This document shows positions 1-8,801 of a stretch of DNA of 64,000 bases, piece after piece. The stretch's first letter is position 1. Every line of letters starts with the position of its first letter. The notes under the pieces were generated by a model. The model searched no databases and was not told the origin of the DNA. It saw only the letters and a program-made list of their open reading frames with translations. A program made the position numbers and the translations under genes. Location of the stretch: assembly GCA_034002665.1 (NCBI GenBank), contig JAVFAA010000001.1, positions 300,748 to 364,747 of the forward strand. The letters run 5' to 3'. The stretch is from Dissulfurispiraceae bacterium. Lineage in GTDB: Bacteria > Nitrospirota > Thermodesulfovibrionia > Thermodesulfovibrionales > Dissulfurispiraceae.

Positions 1-37
1 GGCTCAGAATCCTGAACTTATAGAAACTTTGAGATAA
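1..37 (+). CDS. rplM: 50S ribosomal protein L13, 3' end (partial)
   Basis: The frame starting at position 2 reads [11 protein letters not shown] then TAA at 35-37. This resembles L13 C-termini (..AQQPQVL..). It sits directly upstream of rpsI, as in the conserved rplM-rpsI operon. Confidence 0.4.
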   Translation, partial: AQNPELIETLR

Positions 38-50
38 GGAGTTATATACA

Positions 51-443
51 ATGGCTTCCACAAAAATGGGTGCAACAGGAAGAAGAAAGAGAGCTATCGC
101 TCAGGTAAGGCTTGTGCCTGGAAACGGCAAGATTACTGTTAATGATAAGGAGTTTGAGGTCTATTTTCCAAGAGAGACCCTCCAGATGATCATAAGACAG
201 CCTCTTAACCTTACAGGTATGACAACAAAGTACGACATACTTTGCAATGTAAAGGGCGGCGGACTCAGCGGACAGGCAGGAGCGCTCAGACACAGCATAG
301 CAAGGGCGCTCGTCAATGTTGACGCTGACTTCAAGGGCAAGCTCAAGAAGGAAGGATTTCTTACAAGAGACCCCAGAGAGGTCGAGAGAAAGAAGTACGG
401 ACTTGCTGGAGCGAGAAAGAGATTCCAGTTCTCCAAGAGATAA
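51..443 (+). CDS. rpsI: 30S ribosomal protein S9
   Basis: 130 aa. It has the typical S9 sequence ([41 protein letters not shown]) and an AGGAG RBS upstream. Confidence 0.95.
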   Translation: MASTKMGATGRRKRAIAQVRLVPGNGKITVNDKEFEVYFPRETLQMIIRQPLNLTGMTTKYDILCNVKGGGLSGQAGALRHSIARALVNVDADFKGKLKKEGFLTRDPREVERKKYGLAGARKRFQFSKR

Positions 444-536
444 TACAAATTTTATGACTTGCATACTGGCGGATGAGCTGGCTGCGGCACCAAAAACTGT
501 CAAGCCCTCATCCGCTTAATATTTCAGGGGTGTTAA

Positions 537-1577
537 ATGCATAAGGTTGCCATATGCGGCGCAAGCGGCTACACTGGGGCAGAGCTTCTGAGGATACTTT
601 TGCTCCATCCTGATGTTGAGATAACTGCTGTTACATCCGAGAGGTCAGCAGGCAAGAGTCTGCCTGAGGTATTTCCCCACCTCACAGCATATAAACACCT
701 TATTTATGAGCCTCTTGAGAGTGAAAAGATACTCTCAAAAGCTGATATATTTTTTATGGCGCTGCCGCATGGCGCATCACAGATTGCTGTTGATTATTTC
801 TTCTCCAGAGGCAAAAAGGTTATTGACCTTTCTGCAGATTATCGAATAAAAGACCCGTCAGTATATGAGCAGTGGTACAAGCTGCCTCATCAGAAGCAGG
901 ATACACTTGCCAAGGCTGTTTACGGCCTTCCAGAGTTGTTTCGCAACGATATAAAGGATGCTCAGCTTATTGCAAATCCAGGCTGCTATCCCACCGGGTC
1001 AATACTTGCGCTTGCGCCTGTATTGAAGGGTGCTTTGGTGGATGAAGGCAATATAATAATTGACGCTAAATCAGGCGTTTCAGGTGCCGGTAGAAAGTCT
1101 GACCTGGCCTTTTCCTATTGCGAGGTTAATGACGGATTTAAGGCTTACGGACTGGGTACTCACCGGCATACTCCGGAGATCGAACAGATACTGAGCAGTA
1201 TTGCGGGATCAAAAATAGTGCTCAATTTTACGCCTCATCTTGTTCCAATGGACAGGGGTATAATAACCACAGCCTACTGCAGACTCAAAAAGCGCATTAC
1301 CACTCAGGATCTTCTTGCGTTGTATAACCAGATATATGCGGAGGAAGAGTTTGTTGTTGTGCTGCCTGAGGGGAAATACCCTGATGCAAAGCATGTGCGC
1401 GGCACAAACTATTGTCATATAGGACTCAAGGTTGATAATCGCACTAATACTCTTATAGCTGTCTCTGCAATAGATAATCTTGTAAAAGGTGCATCAGGTC
1501 AGGCTGTGCAGAACATGAATCTGATGCTCGGCATAAACGAGTCCGTTGCTATCAGGAGTCTTGCTCTTTATCCGTAA
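537..1577 (+). CDS. argC: N-acetyl-gamma-glutamyl-phosphate reductase
   Basis: 346 aa with N-terminal GASGYTGAELLRIL Rossmann motif and the active-site ANPGCYPT motif. Confidence 0.93.
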   Translation: MHKVAICGASGYTGAELLRILLLHPDVEITAVTSERSAGKSLPEVFPHLTAYKHLIYEPLESEKILSKADIFFMALPHGASQIAVDYFFSRGKKVIDLSADYRIKDPSVYEQWYKLPHQKQDTLAKAVYGLPELFRNDIKDAQLIANPGCYPTGSILALAPVLKGALVDEGNIIIDAKSGVSGAGRKSDLAFSYCEVNDGFKAYGLGTHRHTPEIEQILSSIAGSKIVLNFTPHLVPMDRGIITTAYCRLKKRITTQDLLALYNQIYAEEEFVVVLPEGKYPDAKHVRGTNYCHIGLKVDNRTNTLIAVSAIDNLVKGASGQAVQNMNLMLGINESVAIRSLALYP

Positions 1578-1628
1578 GTCCGTGAAGCCTCAGTTGAAAA
1601 AAAGGTTTTATGGTTTTATGCTATCTGG

Positions 1629-2819
1629 ATGAAAACTACAACACGCATACCTGAAGGATTTCTCTTTTCAACAACTGAAGCGGCTATCAAAAAGCCGGGC
1701 AGAAAAGACCTCGCGCTTATTTATTCAGCAGAAGAGGCTGTCATGTCTGGCATGTTTACAACAAGCAGTGTCAAAGCAGCTCCTGTCAAGCTCGACATGA
1801 AACGCATCAGGTCAGGCAGGGGCCAGGCCATTATTGTGAACAGCGGCAATGCAAACGCATGCACAGGCAGCCAGGGCATGAAGGATGCTGATGAGATGAC
1901 AGCGCTTGCTGCAGAAATGCTCAGCATATCCAAAACTCGAGTCTATGTCTGCTCAACAGGAGTGATAGGCTCTCCGATGCCTATGGACAGGGTTCGCGCA
2001 AGCATTGTAGATCTTATTGACGGCCTTGCCCGCAATACAGTTGATGATGCAGCAGCAGCAATAATGACCACAGACACATTCCCCAAGGTTGTTTCAAAAA
2101 AGATAACTGTTGAAGGCAAGGGCATTACGATCACAGGTTTTTGCAAGGGCGCAGGCATGATACAGCCCAACATGGCCACAATGCTCTGCTTTATATTGAC
2201 AGACGCCAATATTGCAAAGCCTGCCCTTGATGCAGCGCTCAAGGCTGCTGTAAAAAGATCATTCAACCGCATAACAATAGATGGCGACATGTCCACCAAT
2301 GATACTGTTCTCGTTATGGCTAACGGCATGGCAGCAAACAGCGTGCTAAAAAAGAGCTCTGATGATTTTGAAAGATTTGCAAAGGCCCTTGATCGCGTCT
2401 GCTACGACCTCTGCCGCATGATTGTTAAGGATGGCGAGGGTGCGACAAAGTTTGTAGAAATAGAAGTGAAGAACGCCCGCAGCGAGGCTGAGGCTGAGAA
2501 GGCTGCAATGTCCATAGCGAATTCTTTGTTAGTCAAGACAGCTCTCTATGGCAACGACGCAAACTGGGGCAGGCTGATGGCTGTGCTCGGATACTCAAAA
2601 GTTGCGCTTAAAGAGGAGAAGGTTGATATTTTTCTTAATGGATTAAAAGTGGCTTCAAAAGGCTCTGCCACAGGCAAAGACAAAGAGGCGAATGAAAAGC
2701 TCAAATCAAATGAGATAAAAATTCTTATAGATCTTCATATTGGTAAAGGCAGCGCAAAGGTGCTCACCTGCGATCTGACAGAAGATTATGTGAAGATTAA
2801 CGCAGAATACAGGACATAG
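1629..2819 (+). CDS. argJ: Bifunctional glutamate N-acetyltransferase / amino-acid acetyltransferase
   Basis: 396 aa with the KGAGMIQPNMATMLCFILTDA autoprocessing region typical of ArgJ. It follows argC. Confidence 0.93.
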   Translation: MKTTTRIPEGFLFSTTEAAIKKPGRKDLALIYSAEEAVMSGMFTTSSVKAAPVKLDMKRIRSGRGQAIIVNSGNANACTGSQGMKDADEMTALAAEMLSISKTRVYVCSTGVIGSPMPMDRVRASIVDLIDGLARNTVDDAAAAIMTTDTFPKVVSKKITVEGKGITITGFCKGAGMIQPNMATMLCFILTDANIAKPALDAALKAAVKRSFNRITIDGDMSTNDTVLVMANGMAANSVLKKSSDDFERFAKALDRVCYDLCRMIVKDGEGATKFVEIEVKNARSEAEAEKAAMSIANSLLVKTALYGNDANWGRLMAVLGYSKVALKEEKVDIFLNGLKVASKGSATGKDKEANEKLKSNEIKILIDLHIGKGSAKVLTCDLTEDYVKINAEYRT

Positions 2820-3231
2820 TTTGGCAAAAGGCTTTGGTCCAAATCAGGTCTCTTATTCATGCTTAATAATCAGGTAGATTATTTTTGTAAATTATAAAGC
2901 CAAAAGAGGCCTAAATTATTTTGAGTCAGAGAAAGACATGATTATAAATCTTAGGCGCTTTTTGTTTGAATTTGATCACCTGGCAAAACACGGAGGTTTG
3001 AATCATGAAACACCGTTTGACTTGTCCGCTGAAGCGGATAAACTCTAAAAAGTTACTGAATTAGTGATCTAATACAACCGTCCTATTTAAACACACATAT
3101 TAGCCTATAAATATAATTAATTCAAAAATATATGTTAAGTAGTGTTTTCATTGCCATGTTCATTTTTTTTTGATAGCATATATGCATGCCGTATAGATAA
3201 TAACTTGCTGGGCAATTTTCGGAGGTGATCG

Positions 3232-3822
3232 ATGGTAAACATTAGACCAATGCAAATTCCCGGACGATGGCGTGCAGGGTACGTGCTGGATTACCACACA
3301 CTTAGCAGCATGTATCTTGGTGATGACGAATACGGCCATGCGATGTTTGACACTAAGAGAAGTGAGGTCGGCGAGTTGTTATACCGCCTCAAGTACCGCT
3401 CGGATAAGAGCGCGCTTAACGAACTTGTTGAGGTCGCAGCAAAATTCGTTCGAGAATGGAATCCCGGGGTGACCATTCTCGTTCCTGTTCCTCCCTCCCG
3501 AGTGCGGGCTGAACAGCCAGTACTCCTCATCGCGGAAAGGCTTGGTGCGTCAATCAGTATTCCCGTTGACCTGAATGGTGTCACTCGAGTCAAGGAGACT
3601 CCCGAGCTTAAGAATGTCTACGCCTACGATGAAAGGCTCTGTCTCCTCGATGGCGTACATAGGGTCGAGGCATCGGTCTTCAAAGGGCAGAAGATTCTCC
3701 TATTCGATGACCTGTATCGGTCAGGGGCTACAATGAACGCCATCACCGGGGCGCTTTATGATGAGGGAGCTGTTGCGGACGTATACGCCCTGGCCCTAAC
3801 TCGAACGCGGAGTAGATCATGA
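3232..3822 (+). CDS. ComF-like phosphoribosyltransferase-domain protein
   Basis: 196 aa with a PRTase PRPP-binding loop (KILLFDDLYRSGATMNA) and an upstream LVPVPPSR motif as in the ComF/GntX family. The region is visibly GC-richer than its flanks. Its stop overlaps the next ORF's start (ATGA at 3819-3822). Confidence 0.6.
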   Translation: MVNIRPMQIPGRWRAGYVLDYHTLSSMYLGDDEYGHAMFDTKRSEVGELLYRLKYRSDKSALNELVEVAAKFVREWNPGVTILVPVPPSRVRAEQPVLLIAERLGASISIPVDLNGVTRVKETPELKNVYAYDERLCLLDGVHRVEASVFKGQKILLFDDLYRSGATMNAITGALYDEGAVADVYALALTRTRSRS

Positions 3823-4367
3823 TCAAGGTATTCATAGGAGGATCTCGGCGAATATCGCGATTGAGCTCGGAAGTCAGGCAGCGAATTGATAGGATCATTG
3901 AACAAGGATTCTCCGTGCTTGTCGGCGATGCCAACGGTGTGGACAAGGCCGTTCAGAAGTATCTCCAATCTCGCGGTTACGAGACGGTCGAGGTGTTCTG
4001 TTCAGATGGGGAATGTCGCAACAATTTAGGGAGGTGGCCGGTTCGGGCTGTAGCCACCGGTCAGGCCCGAAGGGATTTCAACTACTATGCCGCCAAAGAT
4101 GAACAGATGGCTCAGGAAGCTTCCGTGGGTCTTATGATCTGGGATGGAAAGAGCGCAGGAACCCTCGCGAATGCCGCACGCCTCTTGCGCCAACATAAGA
4201 ACGTCCTGGTCTACGCCGCGCCGGCCAAACGGTTCCTCACTTTGAAGGGCAAGGCTGATTGGGAAAGTCTCCTATCTGGGTGTGGGAGGGACGTACGAGA
4301 GAAGGTACTCACAGCTGCGACAGGCCCGCTACGAGAGGCAGGCGATAGGCAGAGGAGTTTGTTCTGA
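3819..4367 (+). CDS. DprA-like / SLOG-type Rossmann-fold protein
   Basis: 182 aa. VFIGGSRR..VLVGDANGVDKAVQKYL..IWDGKSAGTLANAARLL parallels the Rossmann core of the bona fide DprA in this window (ISGMARGIDTAAHEAAL..APNSGSLITASYAL). It is translationally coupled to the PRTase gene. Confidence 0.45.
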   Translation: MIKVFIGGSRRISRLSSEVRQRIDRIIEQGFSVLVGDANGVDKAVQKYLQSRGYETVEVFCSDGECRNNLGRWPVRAVATGQARRDFNYYAAKDEQMAQEASVGLMIWDGKSAGTLANAARLLRQHKNVLVYAAPAKRFLTLKGKADWESLLSGCGRDVREKVLTAATGPLREAGDRQRSLF

Positions 4368-4482
4368 CTGACGGTTGCCCAACAACCGCATTAACTCGGG
4401 CTGGCAATTCCGCTACGCTTCATTGCCATCCGGTTATGCGGAGCGTTGGACAGCAGTAAAATACATTCAAAAGGAGAAGTAA

Positions 4483-4737
4483 ATGAAGGCAATGATGATC
4501 AGTTACATCTTGATTCTGAGCGTAGCAAGATTAGCTTTGGCTAGGGACACAAATCAAAACGAAGCAACATGCAAACAACGAGTAGAGGCTACTTTGGCTG
4601 CTATTTCTACTGTAGAAAATATGACAGGAGATAAGAAGGATATCAAAGGGTTAACCAAAGAAGCCATCGAAAAAATGTTAAAGAGGATGTCATATTGTGA
4701 GGTAGCTCAAGAAATTGCCCATAAAACAATACAATAG
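4483..4737 (+). CDS. Small secreted hypothetical protein
   Basis: 84 aa with an N-terminal hydrophobic signal-like segment (MKAMMISYILILSVARLALA) and an AAGGAGAAG RBS upstream. Confidence 0.5.
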   Translation: MKAMMISYILILSVARLALARDTNQNEATCKQRVEATLAAISTVENMTGDKKDIKGLTKEAIEKMLKRMSYCEVAQEIAHKTIQ

Positions 4738-4837
4738 AACAGAAATCCGTATGAATAATTTGAATTAGAAGGTTTTTATATCAGTAACAAACATATCAGA
4801 CGAACCAATTTTTTACAGCAAAGGAGGAGGAGTTTAT

Positions 4838-5269
4838 ATGAAGAAAATTTTTCTGTATGTCATGATGGTGTCAATATTGGCAGGAAACGTTTCAGCCGAT
4901 GAAATCGGCAAACAAAGAAATGAAGAAGGCAACATGAAGGTCCCTGTCTACCAGTTTCTTGCAGGTTTCGATTTTCCTTCGATGCAGCAGGTTATTTCTA
5001 GAAAATATATTTCAACTAATATACCTAAAAATGCTCAATGGATACCCAATAACTATGGCATGGCCCACGAAATAAAGATCACTAAAGTAGCCCCTCCGTA
5101 CGTATATGCAGAGACGACCTTCTATAGCTATGTAGGGGTCAACCGGCATTCCTATAAATTCGAAGTCCGTAAAGAAGATAACAATTACTATCTTGTCCCC
5201 TCAAAGAACGCATACCAAAGCGGGATGCTTTTCGTTGAGCCTTGGGTTGAGGCAAAAACCTTACAATAA
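4838..5269 (+). CDS. Secreted hypothetical protein
   Basis: 143 aa with a signal-peptide-like N-terminus (MKKIFLYVMMVSILAGNVSA) and a strong AAGGAGGAGG RBS. Confidence 0.55.
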   Translation: MKKIFLYVMMVSILAGNVSADEIGKQRNEEGNMKVPVYQFLAGFDFPSMQQVISRKYISTNIPKNAQWIPNNYGMAHEIKITKVAPPYVYAETTFYSYVGVNRHSYKFEVRKEDNNYYLVPSKNAYQSGMLFVEPWVEAKTLQ

Positions 5270-5361
5270 TACCTCCAAGACGGTCCAACTAGCGGCACGA
5301 CCAGTCTGCCCAGAAAACCCGAGCTGGCTGGTCAGCCTTATGGCGTTAGTTTTCGACTGGG

Positions 5362-5410
5362 TTTAAATGCGACGGTTCTATTTAAGGACTTTAAATTCTT
5401 CCCATTTAAA
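5362..5410. repeat. Short imperfect palindrome sharing the TTTAAATG(C/G)GACGGTTCTAT / CCCATTTAAA motif
   Basis: TTTAAATGCGACGGTTCTAT at 5362-5381 faces TTCTTCCCATTTAAA ending at 5410. The same termini occur at 6298-6420. Confidence 0.5.
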
Positions 5411-5676
5411 TAAATATAGCGCTAGGCTTTGCAGAAATATATGAAGATGATACATCAACTAAACATCAATGGCGACTTACAGAAGCAGGAAAGCAAAAAA
5501 TGTATTTCCTGTTGGCGCAGAAATCGTAAGAAAATGTGTCAATGCCTACGGCCAGTAAATGATGATGGACAGTTGCTAGTATAAGACTTTCATAACGAGC
5601 CGTTCGAGCCGCCTATGGCGGCTCAACTCGTCGTTGACCGCAATAAAGAATCGGCCGTCGAGATAGAGGAGGTTTT

Positions 5677-6198
5677 ATGAAGAAAATATATTTTTCACTA
5701 TTTGTCGTCGCATCCTTTGTAACATTCACATTGACAGAAGCACATGCGCAAGCACTGCAAGCGACCTTAAAGTTCGGCCTTTCAATGGGGCATACGTCAG
5801 AGCCACAACCCGTTCTGATTGTCACTCCATATCAGAACTACAAAAATTGCTTCGCAGTGGGGACCGGATCGCTATCCGGCGATAGGTTACAAGTCAGTTT
5901 ACAAACAATGACTTGTGGTGACGATCATTACTTTTATCAATTCGATGTAACTGATGCAGTCGTATCAGATGGTACCGGGAATAAGGGTATCCAAGCTAAA
6001 CATTACCCACCAAGCAAAGAGCTACTCGACTCCGTAAAAGGGCTCAAAGATCTATATGGTCGCATTGGATATTCTGAAGGCTTAAAGCTTATAAGTAACG
6101 CCGAGATGGGGCATTGGGTCGTAGAGCCAGGTACACATGTCCTGGTGAACTTCCACGGACAATCGGGATTCACGCGAAAAATCAGCGTTCACGATTAA
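5677..6198 (+). CDS. Secreted hypothetical protein
   Basis: 173 aa with a signal peptide (MKKIYFSLFVVASFVTFTLTEAHA) and a GAGGAGG RBS. Confidence 0.55.
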   Translation: MKKIYFSLFVVASFVTFTLTEAHAQALQATLKFGLSMGHTSEPQPVLIVTPYQNYKNCFAVGTGSLSGDRLQVSLQTMTCGDDHYFYQFDVTDAVVSDGTGNKGIQAKHYPPSKELLDSVKGLKDLYGRIGYSEGLKLISNAEMGHWVVEPGTHVLVNFHGQSGFTRKISVHD

Positions 6199-6297
6199 TG
6201 CGAAACGCTTAGGAGCACACTCGGTTCAATAGAGGAGGTTATATTATGATTTACTTTAGACCTAATCAGGTGATAGGTCCCCGTGACTTTGGGGACG

Positions 6298-6420
6298 TTT
6301 AAAGGGACGGTTCTATACATAAATGTTTTTACCACTACAACGGCATAGGCAGCACAGTGGTGGTGATGGACATGAACAGGGATATTGAAAATGAAATTAA
6401 ATAGAACCGTCCCATTTAAA
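6298..6420. repeat. MITE-like element bounded by ~20-bp inverted repeats
   Basis: TTTAAAGGGACGGTTCTAT (6298-6316) faces ATAGAACCGTCCCATTTAAA (6401-6420). The reverse complements match apart from one indel. The termini relate to 5362-5410. Confidence 0.5.
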
Positions 6421-6548
6421 TTATTAAATTAAATAAATAAATATTTGCGAGTGGAGGTCTTGTCTCTGGCATAATCCAGTTGTTGACTCATACATATAAA
6501 TGAGGCATATTAATACATATGATTTAGCATATATGTGGGGAGATTCTT

Positions 6549-6746
6549 ATGAGGACAACATTGATTATCGATGATGAGCTGCTTAAAAAGGCATCAAAAC
6601 TTACAGGCATCAAGGAAAAGACTTCGATCGTGAGGCTCGGGCTGGAGGCTCTTATAGCAAGGGAAAGCGCCAGGAGGCTCGCGCTGCTTGGAGGCACGCA
6701 GAAGAAGCTTGAAGATATTCCCAGAAGAAGGTCAGAGAAGGCTTGA
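6549..6746 (+). CDS. vapB: Type II antitoxin, VapB family
   Basis: 65 aa. MRTTLIIDDELLKKASKLTGIKEKTSIVRLGLEALI is typical of VapB/ribbon-helix-helix-like antitoxins. It lies directly upstream of a PIN gene. Confidence 0.8.
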   Translation: MRTTLIIDDELLKKASKLTGIKEKTSIVRLGLEALIARESARRLALLGGTQKKLEDIPRRRSEKA

Positions 6747-6747
6747 G

Positions 6748-7113
6748 ATGGTTCTTGTTGATACTTCTGTCTGGATAGCTCATTTTCGCAATAACTCCCC
6801 TGAGCTCGCGGCCTTGTTGAATGACGGATATGTCGCATGCCACAAGGCTGTCATAGGCGAACTGGCTTGCGGGAATCTGAAAAACAAGGACGAAATATTG
6901 TCTCTGCTCGGCGCGCTTCCAATGGTTCAGGAGGTAGAAGATGATGAGCTGCTTCAGTTTATCGAAAACTTCAGCTTGATGAGTAAGGGGCTGGGATACA
7001 TTGATATGCATTTGCTCGCATCAGCTGTTATGGAGAAGATGCCTCTATGGACTCTTGATAAAAGACTTGATGAGACAAGCAGGAAACTTGGCGTGAGATA
7101 TACAAAAGGCTAA
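6748..7113 (+). CDS. vapC: Type II toxin, PIN-domain ribonuclease VapC
   Basis: The ATG at 6748 lies 1 nt after the vapB stop. MVLVDTSVWIAHFR carries the first PIN acidic residue motif, and the product is about 121 aa. The longer track ORF from 6688 overlaps vapB and is unlikely. Confidence 0.85.
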   Translation: MVLVDTSVWIAHFRNNSPELAALLNDGYVACHKAVIGELACGNLKNKDEILSLLGALPMVQEVEDDELLQFIENFSLMSKGLGYIDMHLLASAVMEKMPLWTLDKRLDETSRKLGVRYTKG

Positions 7114-7114
7114 A

Positions 7115-8326
7115 CTAAACTGGTTTTATCTTTGCGAATTTTCTCTTGCCGGCTTTGATTATATATTCACCTTTTACAAGCTTTGCATCAGGATTGTCCA
7201 CTTTCTTTTCATCAACAGATACTCCGCCCTGTTTTATAAGACGCATTGCCTCGCCCGTGCCCTGCACAAGTCCGGCAAGCTTCATTATTTTGGGCAGCCA
7301 TATCTCTGCTTCATCCCAAAGCAATTCGAATACAGGGATATCTTCAGGCCTGCCCCTGTCCTTGAACACATGGTCAAACTCTTCTTTTGCATGGAGCGCT
7401 GCGTCTTTTGTTGAATAGCGTTCTGATATTTCTAATGCAAGGTCTTCTTTTGCTTTTTTCGGATGCACCGTACTGTTCTTCAATCCTTCTTTAAGCAAGT
7501 TCAGATCATCAAGGCTGATATGGCTCAAAAGCTCATAATACTTTATCATCAGCTCATCGGATATGGACATCATCTTTCCGTAAATATCTTTCGGCTCTTC
7601 TGATATGCCAATATAATTGCCAAGGCTCTTTGACATCTTCTTCACGCCATCAAGCCCCTCAAGCAGCGGCATCATCAAAATAATCTGAGGCTCCTGGCCA
7701 AACTCCTCCTGCAGCTCCCTGCCCATAAGCAGATTAAACCGTTGATCCGTGCCGCCGAGTTCAATATCTGATTTGAGGGCAACAGAGTCATACCCCTGAA
7801 ATAACGGGTAACTGAATTCATGTATGCTTATGGGGCTCTGATTGGCAAATCTCTGCTTAAAGTCCTCTCTTTCGAGCATCCTCGCCACAGTCTGTTTTGC
7901 CTGGAGTTTTATGATGTCTATCGGCGTCAGCTTCATAAGCCATTCGCTGTTAAAGCGCACTTCTGTCTTCTCCGGGTCGAGTATCTTGAAAACCTGTGCC
8001 TTATAAGTCTCAGCATTGTCAGATATCTCCTGCTGAGTAAGCGGCTTTCTTATGTCTGATCTGCCTGTGGGGTCGCCTATCATGCCTGTAAGGTCGCCTA
8101 TCAGAAAGATTACTGTATGTCCAAGCTCCTGAAACTGGCGCATCTTTTCGAGCAGCACTGTATGGCCGAGATGTATGTCAGGAGCAGTAGGATCAAATCC
8201 TGCCTTTACGCGCAGGGGTGTGTTTGTCTTACAGGACTTTTCGAGTTTTTTCAGGAGCTCTTTTTCAGGAATGATCTCTGAGGCTCCTCTCTTTATTATT
8301 GCGAGCTGTTTTTCTGGTGCGAGCAT
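7115..8326 (-). CDS. tyrS: Tyrosine--tRNA ligase
   Basis: 403 aa with class I HIGH (DIHLGH) and KMSKS (KKMSKSLGN) motifs, plus a C-terminal S4-like domain. Confidence 0.95.
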   Translation of the reverse strand: MLAPEKQLAIIKRGASEIIPEKELLKKLEKSCKTNTPLRVKAGFDPTAPDIHLGHTVLLEKMRQFQELGHTVIFLIGDLTGMIGDPTGRSDIRKPLTQQEISDNAETYKAQVFKILDPEKTEVRFNSEWLMKLTPIDIIKLQAKQTVARMLEREDFKQRFANQSPISIHEFSYPLFQGYDSVALKSDIELGGTDQRFNLLMGRELQEEFGQEPQIILMMPLLEGLDGVKKMSKSLGNYIGISEEPKDIYGKMMSISDELMIKYYELLSHISLDDLNLLKEGLKNSTVHPKKAKEDLALEISERYSTKDAALHAKEEFDHVFKDRGRPEDIPVFELLWDEAEIWLPKIMKLAGLVQGTGEAMRLIKQGGVSVDEKKVDNPDAKLVKGEYIIKAGKRKFAKIKPV

Positions 8327-8448
8327 GGCATCTATAATAAAATTTGGCAGGCTGGCAGGTCAAATCATTATTTTGTTTATTGACATCATAAACTGCTGAG
8401 GGTATAGTTGTTTTATGGTTTCAAAATATATTTTTGGAGGATGAATTG

Positions 8449-8661
8449 ATGACAAGGACACTTTCCATTACAGCAATAATAATCGCAGCATCAATGTTGC
8501 TTGCTCCTTCAATAACCTTTTCAGCAAAAAAAGCAGTGGATGAAAAGGCTCAGCAGTACTACAGCCAGATGAGCCAGGAAGAGCTGAAGCTTTTTAAGAA
8601 ATGTGCTGCAAAAAACAGGGCTGCCTGCTACAAATATCACGAAACATATGTGAAGAAATAG
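8449..8661 (+). CDS. Small secreted hypothetical protein
   Basis: The ATG at 8449 is preceded by a GGAGGA RBS. The N-terminus is signal-like (MTRTLSITAIIIAASMLLAPSITFSA). Confidence 0.4.
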   Translation: MTRTLSITAIIIAASMLLAPSITFSAKKAVDEKAQQYYSQMSQEELKLFKKCAAKNRAACYKYHETYVKK

Positions 8662-8713
8662 CTGCCTGCCGGGTTTTTCCCGCTTTGCTATGGAATAGCT
8701 CAAATGCTTGATG

Positions 8714-8757
8714 CGCAAAGCTTTGCGTTGACAAAGCAGTCTGCTATCTAATAGCAT
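8714..8757 (+). promoter_or_regulatory. Candidate promoter with adjacent palindrome upstream of the prpE-like gene
   Basis: A perfect 14-nt palindrome CGCAAAGCTTTGCG (8714-8727) abuts a consensus -35 TTGACA (8728-8733). Only weak -10 candidates follow (TAGCAT at 8752-8757, spacing 18). Confidence 0.3.
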
Positions 8758-8801
8758 ATTTTGTCCAGAAAAATGAAAGCAAAACATGTGAGGGAGGGGT
8801 A

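Noticed and set aside
42-503. 153-aa ORF on the minus strand overlapping rpsI
   Set aside because: It is antisense to a confidently identified ribosomal protein gene and has a low-complexity Ser/Leu-rich translation. It is a shadow ORF.
469-515. Stem GCGGATGAG / CTCATCCGC after rpsI as an intrinsic terminator
   Set aside because: The loop is about 29 nt and there is no clean U-tract, so it cannot be supported as a terminator.
4368-4450. Long imperfect hairpin after the SLOG gene (CCAACAACCGCATTAACTCGGGCTGGCAAT / ATTGCCATCCGGTTATGCGGAGCGTTGG), considered as a tRNA fragment or att site
   Set aside because: It has no cloverleaf or conserved tRNA T-loop/D-loop elements. It is more simply a transcription-terminating or REP-like stem. 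Similar GC-rich stems at about 5290-5340 and 5600-5625 did not share a convincing common motif.
6688-6747. Longer VapC ORF starting at 6688
   Set aside because: It would overlap vapB by 59 nt. The ATG at 6748 gives the canonical MVLVDTSVW PIN N-terminus immediately after the antitoxin stop.
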